Source of the DNA: Podarcis liolepis
Taxonomy: Eukaryota
Length of the DNA: 64,000 nucleotides
Assembly (NCBI GenBank): GCA_965112155.1
Contig: OZ218101.1
Reading direction: 5' to 3' (one strand)
The notes beneath the pieces are model-generated. The model saw nothing but the letters and a program-made list of their open reading frames with translations, searched no databases and had not been told where the DNA came from. How positions within the stretch are numbered: position 1 is the first letter of the stretch; every line of letters starts with the position of its first letter. A program made the position numbers and the translations under genes. Positions 47,458 to 59,774 of this stretch are shown piece after piece.

Positions 47458-49638
47458 CGGACTTCTGGGTTGGCGCCTCTGGCAATGGCGGATTTCCTCC
47501 GATCGGGAGGAACCCGCTCCGTGGAAAACAGGGTCTGAACCGCCACGCCGAGGCGGAGATCCATCAAAAACCACAGGCAGGAGAAGCCTGTGGACGTGGG
47601 ATTCGGCTGGCACCTTTGCGCCCCCTCCACTCGCGGGGAAACCCTGTTTTGGGGATCCGGAGTGACGTGGGGTGAGTGGCGCGGTGCTTTGAATCGACTG
47701 CTTCTTTCACGGAGTGAAGCCGCATTGCTGTTGCCGGAGAGCGCTGACTTTTTCCTGTGGACAATTGGATTTCAAACAACTGCCTGTGAGTAGAACGGAA
47801 AATTGGACTGTGAAAATTTTTTAATTAGAAACCGAAAGCGGGAAGGTCTAAACAGGAAGTCCGCCTTCCGCTTTTTGTAGATAGATTGAAGCAAAGACAC
47901 GGCAAGCTAGAGTTCAGAAAGTCGTTTGTAAAGGACTAAATTTTCATCATTTAAAATTACTGAACCCCCCTTGGAAGCAGGAGAAGAGGGGGGAACCTTT
48001 TTTAGACTGTTTAAACCTGCAGAAGAGAGAGTAAAGAAAGGTAATTTTCCACCGTCTTGAACCTGGGAGCGGGGTGTCAAGACAGACGTTTTGGAGAAGT
48101 TCATTGACTATGGACAAATGTTTTTGACAGATAGTTAAAAGAATAGAAACATATTGATTCCATTGTTCCTTTTCGCTTTTAAAAGGAACAAAATATTGAC
48201 AAAATATCTGAAAAAGGAAAACTTTGTTGCTAAATCTGCCTTTAAAAAAAAAAAGAGGAGAAAAAAGATGGATACAAATAGAAATTGCTTCCCCTAGAGG
48301 GAGCTTGTGAAACTGTTTTTAAAGTTGAACTGGGGAGTTTTGCAGCTGTAAAAGATTAAAGATCGTGGGACCAGACTTCGACCTTGTACAAGAATGTGCT
48401 CAGAGGCTTTGGTGCTTGCCTTTTGCAAGACAAGTGCTTTATTGGAACAGTTACATGAGAAGATGGATTTGATGACAGCTGCAATAGGAAATTTTGGACA
48501 GGCAGTGGGTACTTATATAGAACCCACTCAGGAATTAATCCAGGAATGTGCTTTGACAGATGAGATGAGGGAGGAGGCTGTTGCTGGACCTCAGGTGGCA
48601 GAGATGGAGGGAGCTGTGGCCCAGCAGGAACATGAGTCGTTGGACTTGATGAATGACCTTGGAAAGAGTCAGACTTGGAGAGATGGAGTTCTGCTTGGCT
48701 TGGAGATGGGGGGCTGGATGGACCCCCCCTATGCAGAGATGTTTTGACTTTTCAAGTCTGGCTTTAGGCCGGGGGGAGCTTGGAGCTGTGGGGGCCCCTA
48801 ATTTTGGAGGGGCCTTGAAACATGCCTTTAAATATCACATGGATTTCAGTGTTGACTATGGAAAAGGGGCTGACTTGTCGAGAAGGGACAAAAATATTGT
48901 CAAGTTGGAGTCTCCCAGAGTGAAAGGAGCAGAAGACAAAGTAAAGTACAGGTATAAACATGAAGACCTACAGAAGGGACATGGAAAAGACCTAAGAGCC
49001 TCGGATATAAGGTCACCAGGTTGATGGACTAGATGGATGGGACAGAAAGGACTGACAAAACCCGAGACCAGGAGAAGAGACGATGGATGAAGATTGGAAG
49101 AAAGTTTTAAAAATTTATTTAGAAAAGTATCGTAAAATTAATGAGTATTAGAAAAATGTTGGAATGAAATTATGTGGCTTTAGCAGAAATGTTAAAAAGA
49201 ATTATGTAAGAATATGTTATGGTTAAAAGAATTCAGTATAAGTAAGATTTAAGTTTTAAGTTTTAAGGTTTTTTATGGTAAGATAAGGTTAAAATAGATT
49301 AAGGTAATTTAATGACAGAATATTGCGAAAGATGGAAAGGATTTGCTGAGATAATTAACAACTGGAATACAAAAAAGGGAGGTGTGAGGAGGTCAATGAA
49401 ATAAGTTAATGAAAGTTAAGGATGAATATTGGATTTGTTTTTAAATTTGTTGTATATTTTTGTTTTTTGATTGTGTTGTATTGTGTGTTTTGTTTTTTCT
49501 TTTTGATTTTGGTTTCTATTGATTTGTTTTGTTTAATTGTTACTTTTATCTACTGTTGTCTTTCTTTTTCTCTTTTTCTTGTTTTTTCCTTCTTTTTTTC
49601 TTTGTAATTTTAAAATTTTCAATAAATATCATTTTAAA
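47458..49638 (+). mobile_element. Full-length non-autonomous L1-derived element (~2.2 kb)
   Basis: TSD AAAGTTTA(A/C)TCTATC at 47443-47457 and 49639-49653. CpG-rich 5' end starting GGACTTCTGGGTTGGCGCC..ATGGCGG. Frameshifted ORF2 C-terminal remnant at ~49060-49150, then AATAAA and an A tail. No EN or RT. Confidence 0.8.
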
Positions 49639-49893
49639 AAAGTTTACTCTATCTGAAATTTCACTGGAAATTAAATTTGCAGTGAAATTGTTGATTCACC
49701 CTAAAACAAAACATCTCACAGTCAATTTTGCTATGAGTCTTTATCCTGCACTGTACCAGTCTCTGAATGTACTTGGGCATCTCTGAGACCTCTCTTTCCT
49801 TGTCTATGTACTACAGGAACCAGCACTATGTTGGTATAGCCACAAGATAAGTGGGTTTCTGGTGCAGAGGAATATTTGAATGCTTGGTATATA

Positions 49894-50245
49894 AAGGTAA
49901 AGGTACCCCTGCCCATACGGGCCAGTCGTGTCCGACTCTAGGGTTGTGCGCCCATCTCACTTAAGAGGCTGGGGGCCAGCGCTGTCCGTAGACACTTCCA
50001 GGTCACGTGGCCAGCGTGACGAAGCTGCTCTGGCGAGCCTGTACCAGCGCAGCACACGGAAACACCATTTACCTTCGCGCTATAAAGCGGTACCTATTTA
50101 TCTACTTGCACTTAAGAGTGCTTTCGAACTGCTAGATGGGCAGGAGCTGGGACCGAACGACGGGAGCTCACCCCGCCACAGGGATTCGAACCGCTGACCA
50201 TGCGATCGGCAAGCCCTAGGCGCTGAGGTTTTACCCACAGCACCA
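49894..50245 (-). mobile_element. Sauria SINE
   Basis: AAAGGTAAAGGT (reverse tail), GTACCTATTTATCTACTTGCAC body, GGGATTCGAACC (reverse B-box). Confidence 0.9.
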
Positions 50246-51637
50246 ATAACTACAAGGTAAGTGGGTTTCTGGTGCAGAGGAATATTTGAATGCTTGGTAT
50301 ATATACTGCTATAAATAATAAAGATTCTCTACCTGTCCATTGGCAAGCACCTATCATTAAGATACAGATGGATGCCAAATTAGTCTTACAATGCATGCAG
50401 AACAATTTGACATGGATTGCTATTTTATTCCATTTTGAAAAATGCCTTGCTATTTCCTATGAACATATATGATGGGTTTAAGATTCTCAAGCCAGTATTT
50501 ATAGCCTAAATAATGGTGTGCTGTCAGAGTAACTCATGTAATGCATGGTCTTCAGATGGCATTATCGTGTGACAATCGGGCTAATAAATAATGTGTCACT
50601 CTAAATCAAAATTGGTGTGTTTCAGCGCAGACCACTATAAAACATTTTGTTCCCTCTCCCCTCAGTTGCAGGATGCAAACAATATAGGTTTTGTAAGATC
50701 AAAAATCCAGCAATAGGTTACAACATTTCAGAGTTGTGTCACATTTCTCTTTGTATCCTTGAGAAGTTTCATCTGTATCTCTAAGCTATCTTGACATTTC
50801 CTGATACCAACTGATGATGGATGTGGAGTGTCTTTGGAAGGGGAAAAAGTTAAACTGCTGAAGTAATATGCACTCTATTGTTGATATTTGTCTTCTCAAT
50901 GGCATTATGGAAGAGTGTTGACTACAGCATTATCAGATTCTTTTCCAAGCAGCTGTGTATATCCTAGGAAGCTCTTATGATTCTGTGTCTAGAGCAAATT
51001 AAGATGATCAAACCAAGTAGTATAGCAACTCTTAGATATTTGCCTTGCTGAACTTGGCTCCAAAAGGACACCATATATTGGATTTGTTGATAAAAGGGCA
51101 AATAAAATGGGAAGAGGCTCAACTGACAGGTATTGATGTCATACTAAGGATTTGTCCAATTACCACTTTAAGAATTGGGGAAGAGGAACTTGCCAAGGTC
51201 AAGAGGGAAGGACACAAATAGGAAATCTGCTTGCTTTTTTCAGTTATCTAAAGCCAAAGCTAGCAAAACATGAAGCTGCACTGTAGATACCAACTCCAGA
51301 TATCCTCCTTCTCAATGCCAGATTACCAAATAGGCAGAGCAGGCACCAGCCTATGGGCCCTATGCCTTTTAGGGGCCCCATGACAACAGATCAAAATAAG
51401 ATTGATTTGATCTTGAAAGAAAAATACAATCAAGCTTTCTTAGTTTGATGTGATCCCACTAGAGTGTGCATGCCCCCCCCCCCGAGATTTCAACTGCCTA
51501 GGGACCTCCACAAGGTTTAAGCCAGCACTGCTTCTTCTTCTGGCGCATAACATTTCCAGATATAACAGTGTTTTGCCCCTGCTCTCTGAATTTCCTCATG
51601 CACGCACCACTTCCCTGGTTATCAGTTGCACAGGCAG

Positions 51638-52227
51638 AGACCCAAGATTTGCCCACCGTGGAAGAATGGCAGACGCAACTGATAGACTATATGGAATTGG
51701 CAGAAATGACTGGCAGAATCCGAGACCTGGGAGAAGAGGCAGTGGAAGAGGACTGGAAAAAGTTCAAGGACTATTTACAAAAACATTGTAAATTGTATGA
51801 GTGTTAAGAAAGATGCAGGACTGAAAACAACATGGCACCAGCAACTTAGTTGAAAGAAATATGAGAATAAGTAAGATCTGAGAAATAAGATAAATTTTGG
51901 AATAACATTATGTCTAAATTAAGTATTTAACTATTTGATAACATTGCTTAAAGTCGGGGACATAATATTTGAAAATTACAAAATAAGTGTTGAAATAAGG
52001 TGATAAATTGCTGTTTATAATTCTATAACTGGGAACGCAGAAATGGGAGATGTGAGGAAGTCCAAAAGCTTAAGAAAAGATGGATGTTGGACATTTGATT
52101 TTGTGGTGTGCTTGTTATTATGTTACCTTTGTTGTTTTTTTCTGTTGTTTTTTGTGTGTTGTATTTGGGTGAGGGTGTTATATGTGAATTTAATGTTTAA
52201 AATCTTTAATAAATATTTTTTAAAAAA
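51638..52227 (+). mobile_element. 5'-truncated L1-type LINE with 17-bp TSD
   Basis: QDLPTVEEWQTQLIDYMELAEMTGRIRD...WKKFKDYL, AATAAA plus A tail, TSD ATCAGTTGCACAGGCAG at 51621-51637 and 52228-52244. Confidence 0.85.
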
Positions 52228-52760
52228 ATCAGTTGCACAGGCAGGCAAAGCCAGTGCAATCTCAGGTCCCATTTATTAGGTTGGAGTGGTGGGTTAGGTG
52301 GGGAGGAGATACACACAGGACTACTGTTCTTGATGGCAGCCTCACATGTGGCTTAGCTTCTGTGGTCTATGCTCTGGTAACCTCTAGGTTAGATCACGGC
52401 AACATTTTATATGTAGAACTGCCTCTGAAGAGGGACCAGAAACTTCAGCTTGTGCAGAATTGGGTGGCCAGGTTGCCCAGTGGGGCAGGAAGGCTTCATT
52501 ATATTACACCAATCATTGCCCAACTGCACTACCTTCCTATTAGTTTTGGGGCTGAATTCAATGTGCTGGTTTTGACCTATAAAGTCTTAAATGGCCCAGG
52601 ACCACAAAACCCAAAGGACTGCCTCTCTGCATATGAACCGATACAGAGCCTGTAATCTTTACCTGAGGTCCTTCTTCATGTGCCTCCTTCACAAAAGGTC
52701 CTGAGGGTGGCAACACAAGAATGGGCCTTTTCTGCAGTGGCTCCCTCTTTGTGGAATGCG

Positions 52761-52956
52761 TATCACTCAACTGTGCTGATTAAATTGGGACATCCCATTT
52801 GGGGGGGGGGCATGAGAACACAGCACTCGAAAACATATGAGAGAGACATTGCTAAAAAACATACTTTGGGGGGCACGCAGGTCACATGATTTTGCAGGAG
52901 CACAGCCCTGAAATATGGGTGTCCTGGTTTTCTGCTGCAACAAGTTGGAGGGTATG
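52761..52956. mobile_element. hAT-like MITE nested in L2
   Basis: Ends TTGGAGGGTATG. Flanks GGAATGCG (52753-52760) and GGAATGCT (52957-52964). Confidence 0.7.
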
Positions 52957-52974
52957 GGAATGCTCTCCCCTGGC

Positions 52975-53124
52975 CAGTGTTTTTTTTCCTGGGGGGACAG
53001 AGGGGTACGCATACCCCTAAACATTTTGTGAATCTAAGTTTGGCCTCACTGAGGGGCAGCATTTCAATAATCCTAGGAAAATGAGAGTACTCCTAAACAT
53101 TTCTTTGGGGGGGGGGGAGCACTG
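52975..53124. mobile_element. hAT-type MITE nested in L2
   Basis: CAGTG...CACTG termini. Perfect TSD CCCCTGGC at 52967-52974 and 53125-53132. Confidence 0.85.
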
Positions 53125-53882
53125 CCCCTGGCTCATTCACTACATACCTTTAGGCACCAGGTGAAAACACTTCTCTGTAACCAGGCCTTTGGCTGATTGA
53201 ACATTTGATGGACTTTTAAATGTGTGGGAAGGGGGTTATTGGCTTGTTTGTTTTTTGTTTGTTTTTTATGTATTCTGTGAGCTTTATTTGTATTTTTATA
53301 TTGTGAACCGCCCTGTGAACTTCAGATGAAGGTGGTATACCACCACCACCACCACCACCACCACTACTACTACTAATAATAATAATAATAATGTGCCCCA
53401 ATGTCTAGTTCTAGCCTTATGTACCTTGGTAAATCAATCATGCACCCTAAGAAGCTTTAGGTACTCTAGGCATAATATAATTGTCCTGGCAGGGACAGTT
53501 TGGGGCTCTGTGACAACAGTGAAATAACTAGGTAGGACACAGAGCTGGGGGGAAATTGGGTCAAGTTTTTATTCAATAACAGTAGAAAGCAGGGTTGGCA
53601 TGGCAGTAGGGCAAGGATCCTGCTACACATTCAAACAATCCTTGCTGATAGAATGGTCCTCCGTCAGTATTAGGAAACATCCCAACCTTCTCCATGAGGA
53701 TTACCCAACGTTGAGCCCTGGTGTGGAGCAAGCCCAGTCTCCAGGGTCTCACTGGGTGTCTGGGGTCAGAGATTCCAGCCATGGAGGTGCCACAACCTGA
53801 GCTTAGGGCATGCCAGGGCCCCTCTTCTCCACCCCAGGCCCCTCCTGGAAGGCCTCTGCATTATGACGATCCTGTGCAATGG

Positions 53883-54194
53883 TCCAGGTAGTGTGACCAC
53901 TGTTCCTGTAACTTTGAATTTGCGAACTCTGCTTCCAACGGTGTCCCTAGGAACTTTCAGTGCCTTCACTATCTTTTTGTATCCGGCTCCTTGTTTGTGA
54001 AGGGTGATAAGACTGGAGAAGCCAGCATAGGTTGCAATTTCAGCTGAATTTAGGGAAACCACTTGAAGCATCCATTGTGTTGAGCTATTTCAATTGCTTT
54101 TGTTTCATTTGCCCATTGCAAACAGCTGAAAGTCTGTAAATTTTGATAATAAACCTGATTTGCAATGGGTGTTGAATAATTTCTAGTGCAACTG
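53883..54194 (-). mobile_element. Tc1-like transposon fragment (TIR plus transposase HTH remnant)
   Basis: LITLHKQGAGYKKIVKALKVPRDTVGSRVRKFKVTGTVVTLPG is a Tc1 paired-like N-terminus. Minus strand begins TA|CAGTTGCACTAGAAATTATTCAACACCC. Confidence 0.85.
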
Positions 54195-54202
54195 TATACC
54201 TT

Positions 54203-54322
54203 CAGGGGTTTTTTCAGCCGGAACTCACTGGAACTCAGTTTCAGCACCTCTCAGGTGGGTGCCCTTGCCATTATAAGAGAACAAGGGAGGCGTTACCTAT
54301 TTTTTCTAGAAAAATAGCAGTG
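54203..54322. mobile_element. hAT-type MITE with 8-bp TSD
   Basis: TSD TATACCTT at 54195-54202 and 54323-54330; imperfect CAGGG.TTTTTT/AAAATAGCAGTG termini. Confidence 0.8.
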
Positions 54323-56332
54323 TATACCTTTATACAGATATGGAATGTAAGTAATAAATGTTGTTTATATTTAGCCCAAGGGCTCTGTAGTTGCTTTTTA
54401 TAAATAGAAAGAGAAATATTTCTAAAGCTATCTTTTTCACAGTTACAGATAACTGTCCAACTAACAAGACTTCCTGCAGCTATTAATTTTCCTTTCTTTG
54501 TACAGAATTTCCTAGGACTGATGATGAATAGAAATAGCTGAGAAAAAGTTTCCTTAATGAAACTGCACAACAACTTTTTTTGACAGCTCCAATCATTTAT
54601 ACCCCACAAACGAGTAAAAAGAGTCCTGAGCAGAAATAACTGGGATAAAGCATATTTTCCTGGGCATCATTAGAATTCTGGCTCATGGAGACAATGTACC
54701 TTAATGCAAAGGTTACCTTTTCATCTCCAATAGTATGTCACTTTAAAAACAACAGAGACTAGAAAAGCAATACAAGGCACCGCGATAGTACCCCATTCAC
54801 CCCGTGAGTAAGCTCACCCATGTGACTGAGTCAGGAAGAAGAAGAACCAACAGCTAGGACTTGGGATGCCACAATTGTGCTGCACGCAGAATCAGGACAA
54901 AGTTAATTTGTACAATCTGTCTTTTGATGTGACAATTCTTTATCATCCAAATTGCAAGCTTCTGTAATTTAGTCCTAAGGATAGTCCAACTGACAGAGAG
55001 ATAGATATATGGATACAAGCAGTAGTGAGAAAGGTAGAGATATAGAAGGTTTTATTCTGTGGCATCTTTCATTCTTCCTTTTTTTAATGAGATCACAGCC
55101 TCAATCATAATTTGGCACCTTGTCTCTTTCAAGGGATTTTTTTACTTAAAATATTTTTTTTACAAAAATATTATAATTTTACTGCTCAATGAACCTTGCA
55201 ATAACAACATTTTAGCATCTATGCACCGTGGCAGATGGCAAGCTAATGAGGCCTGTTGGAGTTGCATACTGAAATATTCCACACAAAACACCTCTGTGCT
55301 CCAAAGGGAGGCCAAAGAGTAAATTTTATTTATCTTCTTCCTTGTATTTGATACTTGCAAATCACAAGACAGATTATTAGAGAAGACATTTTTACAGCTT
55401 TTAATTAGACTTACTAATGTTTACTGTGTATGTTAGACCTACAAAACTGAAAGGACACAAATTTCCCATGTCTTTTATCTTGAAGTATTTCATATTTGTT
55501 AACTGCCAAGAGTTTGGTCTCCACATACTTGGCTCAAGTATTTCTGGAAAACTTATAAACAATGTCATTTTGCAGAGATTGTAAAACTGGATCCATGCAC
55601 CCATTTTAAAATATATTTGTCCTATAAATCTCTTTAGTTTTAGGCAAACACGTTCAAATTAGGTTGCTGCAATTTAGAGATGTGGGTTGTCAATCTGGCC
55701 AACAGGCTTTAACTTGCTAATACTCTGAAGTGTGGGGTGTGAAGGGCAGAATCGCAATGCCACTGCTGTTTCCACCAGCTGCTGAAATGTAGATGTCATG
55801 GACTTTCCTGTGTGTGGACAAACTCAAGTTCTAGACCAAATTTAGACTAGCTAGTACATGTTCTCCAGCATAGGTCTCTGAGGTCACTGGCTAGCACTGA
55901 ACACTTCAGCTGGAGTTTGGAGAAGATGGAATGGAACAGGCAGAAAACACTGCTTTGTGGACTAACAGTGTTGTTTCTCAGCTAGGGCAACCAGGGCAAA
56001 GCCTTGGGAGGATTCTGTGTTCCCTCACCTGTCCTCGACCCAGATCATATCATTTTGCTTCACTCACACAGAGTTAGACACTTCTCATACCCTCCCGCTA
56101 TGTGTACAAAGAATCAAAACTCCAAGTTGTTTCTGTAAGTTGCCTATGAGCAGCCAATCAACTCTTTCTAGTGGTGACTGGCAGCCCTTGGACTTGCTGG
56201 GGTGGCCTGTGGGCAAGGAGATCATGTAGGTGGGGCCAATAAGGTCACAGAGGTGGAACCAGGGGGGGGGGTTGTCACTTGGACCAGGCCAGGTTTTTCT
56301 GGTTTTCTTGCCATCCTCCACCTCAAGGAAAG

Positions 56333-56625
56333 TAACAGTACAGCTCTATTCTGCCTTGGTCAGACCACACCTGAAATACTGTGTTCAGTTCTGGGTGCCA
56401 CTATTTAAGAAGGATATTGACAAGCTGGAAGGTATGCAGAGGAGGGCAACCAAAATAACAAAGGGTCTGGAAACCAAGTCTTACAAGGAACAGTTGAGGG
56501 AGTTGGGTATGTTCAGCCTGGAAGAGAGGAGACTGACAGGAGATGATAGCCATCTTCAAATATCTAAAGGGCTGTCACATGTCAGATCGAACAACCTTGT
56601 TTTCTCCTGCTGCAGATGGTAGGAT
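56333..56625 (+). mobile_element. CR1 LINE RT C-terminal fragment
   Basis: LYSALVRPHLKYCVQFWVPLFKKDIDKLEGMQRRATK...[14 protein letters not shown]. Confidence 0.9.
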
Positions 56626-57091
56626 CAGTCTTGTAAGTGTGACTGTGTTAGATCCATGCATGGATCTAAGAACTTTATTTAAATGAAACGAAATCAGGCT
56701 CACCTGTTTAAATTAAATTTAACAGAGAACAGCTGGTCATGGGAACTGAGCAAGCCAATTATATTGGGCTTGGCCACAACCTTAGGCCTCAATCCTAACA
56801 ATGCCTGAAATAAGTCCTATTGAATTTAATGGAGCTTACTCCCATGTAAGTGGGGTTAATTTAACTGCATTTATATCATCTCCAAAAACAAGAGTTCTCT
56901 GTGTGTCTCCCAAAACAAAGCAAAGCAGTCAAAACTGTAAATTAAAATCAAAACACAATATACAGTTTAAAACATCATTAAGATTATACTTCAGGCTAAT
57001 TCTTTTCCAGGAATACATATTTTAGCAGACAGACACTGTGTGTATAATATGCAGGTACCAGGCACAGGACCCTCATACACACTTCACATCC

Positions 57092-57147
57092 AAAGAAAGA
57101 AAGGAAGGAAGGAAGGAAGGAAGGAAGGAAGGAAGGAAGGAAGGAAG
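57092..57147. repeat. (GGAA)n microsatellite
   Basis: Directly visible. Confidence 0.95.
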
Positions 57148-58564
57148 GGGGAACAGGGCCTTGAGGGAGGGGAAAGGTAGGAAGAGAGAGATCAATGATT
57201 TCAGCAAGCAAAAGCATAGAAACGCCCCACCAACACAAATACTGGGCTATGGCTCTGGAGGCCTATGCCCCACTTTGCCCAAAGGAGCATCCTCCACCAG
57301 CTCTTTCATCAGTATCACAACCCGTTATTACCCACTTCCTGCCTTCAGGGCAAAAATGCCCAGGCAAGTGGACCCTATGAACTGGATCCAAGTCTTGCCT
57401 CCTCCCTTTATTTCAGAGTAATGAATCAGGATACAGGAAGTAACACATTAGAGAATCCATTAGGTTAACAAAGGGGATAGGGCAGGCCTATGGTTCCCAC
57501 AGCAAGCGGAAATGCAATCTGCTGCCGCTGCATTTGTGCTGCGTCGTTCCGTCTGCAGTGGTGCATTCTTATATCAATTCTGGAGCTCCCCAAAGCTGGA
57601 GCTTTAACTATCCAGAGGTGGTTGAATGCCATGAATGACAGATAAACTGTCATCACAGTGTTTAAATATTTGGACATTTCTGGTTTGTAGAGGAGCAGAC
57701 ACTCAACTCAGTGTTGTATTTGATCAAACACTGTGAAAGGCAGCTTTCGTTCAAGTGCAAATTCTTTGTTTCACTGATCCACAATGGTAGCCTGTCAATA
57801 TTATCCTCTTACCAAACATGTCATGTTTGCTTTGAACTGAGTAATTCAAAAAAAGTCAATATCTGAATCTGAACTTCTATTATACTTTAGCTCTCATTTT
57901 TTTTCAACACTTTTGACAGATTTTCTCTTTGTCTCTGTCTTTCAAGACATATGCCAGCGTATCAAATAAGAACAGTTGTTAGCCAAATTTCTCTAGAGAC
58001 ACAATGAAGAATTATTTTAGTACTTTAGAGTGTCTTACATTTTTAATAATCATAAGAAGAAATATTCAAATTATCCTTTTATTTCCAGATCCTAACATCT
58101 GACATTCATTTCACAGCACTAAAACTAGTAGTCATATTTCCATAGACAGGAACACAAAAGGGAGACTGTACGTGTGTGGAGGGGCGAAATATTGGGATTT
58201 GCTGAAGTTGTTACAAGTGACTGAGCTGACCATAGGTTCTAATATAAAACATTCAGTCTGTCTACCTGCACCAAATTCTGCCCCTAAGGTAGAGAATTCT
58301 GGGTAAAAATTCAAGTCACTAATTGTATTTAGCTGTGGATCAAACTGATCCTGCCTAGTGGAAGAAAAGTTGATTAAATACGATACAATACATCATTAGA
58401 CCAGAAATCACATATACAGTTAAGAACCACCTCATTTAAAACATTCACCCAAATGTTATTTGTGGTCACCTCAAAAAGGAACGCTCTATATGTAGTAAAC
58501 AAAGCTTTTCTCTCAAAGGCTTTCCCCCGTAATATTGGGGTGGAAGAGTCCATGTATGCAGGTA

Positions 58565-58791
58565 CAGTGGTACCTCGGGGTTAAGAACTTAATTCGTTCT
58601 GGAGGTCTGTTCTTAACCTGAAACTGTTCTTCACCTGAAGCACCACTTTAGCTAATGGGGCCTCCTGCTGCTGCTGTGCTGCTGCTGCATGATTTCTGTT
58701 CTCATCCTGAAGCAAAGTTCTTAACCTGAGGTACTATTTCTGGGTTAGCAGAGTCTGTAACCTGAAGCGTCTGTAACCCGAGGTACCACTG
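58565..58791. mobile_element. Tc1/mariner-pogo-type MITE with TA TSD
   Basis: TA|CAGTGGTACCTCGGG...CCCGAGGTACCACTG|TA. Confidence 0.9.
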
Positions 58792-59380
58792 TATCCCTCA
58801 ACATATTCATGAACAAATCTCACATGACTGCGTATATGTGCAGTTCCAGGAATTAATTAAATAATTTGATTCAAACCTGGAAATGGCAGGAGAGAGCTGG
58901 AGAGTCTTTGTGGCTCGTGAGGCCAAAGAGGACATCAGTGCGGGCAGAGGAAGCCCTGAAGAAATTGGCGGCACAGCGGGGCTTTGTTTAGGCTGCTCAT
59001 CCTCCCTGCCTAACAGCTGATACACACTGTAGCACCGCTGCCACCACTTTTCTGCACATCCTCCAGCCAACCCCGGAACTTTAATCCTAGTTGTGGATTT
59101 TTTGTCTGGATTGGAGAAAGACCGGCAGAGAGGGTGTTTAGGGGGTGCTCCCCACTTAACACAATTTTTGCTTATGTGCATGGACGCCTGGAATGCAATC
59201 TTCCTGTAAATGAGGGAATGGCTGTACTCTCTTCTGGCCTATTATAAGAGTGACACTGCAACACATAGTACACAGCATCTTCTGCTTGGCTTTTGCCACA
59301 AATCCAGAAATGATAGGCCATGGGAGTCATAGGCTGAAACCTAAGCTTCATAAAAGCTCTCCTAAAAGGAGAAGAATGTA

Positions 59381-59774
59381 CTGTACTTTTCCATGTATAA
59401 ATTTTTTTTACCTTAAACAACACTTAAAAATTGGCATAGTCTTATACATGGGTAGTTCAGAGGGGGAACGGTGGAAATGATTTCTGTCTTGAGTAGTAGA
59501 ATGTCACTGGCGTTATTACGGGTGATAGGCTGCTGTGACAATATCCGCTTGCGATTAAGCATTGCTGCGACAATGTCCGCTTGCAATTGGGCGTTGCTGC
59601 AAGAATGTCCACTGGCGATTGGTCGCTTCTGTGTTGCGTTCGATCTCAAGTGTTTGGAATTTGTGTGAGCTTTTTTTACGGCATTCCTCCCATTCTGTAC
59701 TATCTCCCCCCATTTTCTTAATATTGAGTCCCCAAAATTATCCATGGGAGTGTCTTATAGACGGAAAAGTACGG
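59381..59774. mobile_element. Mariner/pogo-type non-autonomous element
   Basis: TA|CTGTACTTTTCC...GGAAAAGTACGG|TA, with degenerate internal ~31-bp repeats (TGTCCGCTTGCGATTGG-like). Confidence 0.7.

Larger units (their letters stand above)
52350..53340 (+). mobile_element. L2 LINE 3' part, interrupted by two MITEs
   Basis: ALVTSRLDHGNILY..LPLK..QKLQLVQN..ARL..ITPIIAQLHYLPI..FNVLVLTYK; AFSAVAPSLWN; tail TGTGAACCGCCCTG. Confidence 0.85.

Noticed and set aside
59480-59660. Spaced repeats that superficially resemble a CRISPR-like array
   Set aside because: Degenerate tandem units without unique spacers, inside a TIR element in vertebrate DNA.
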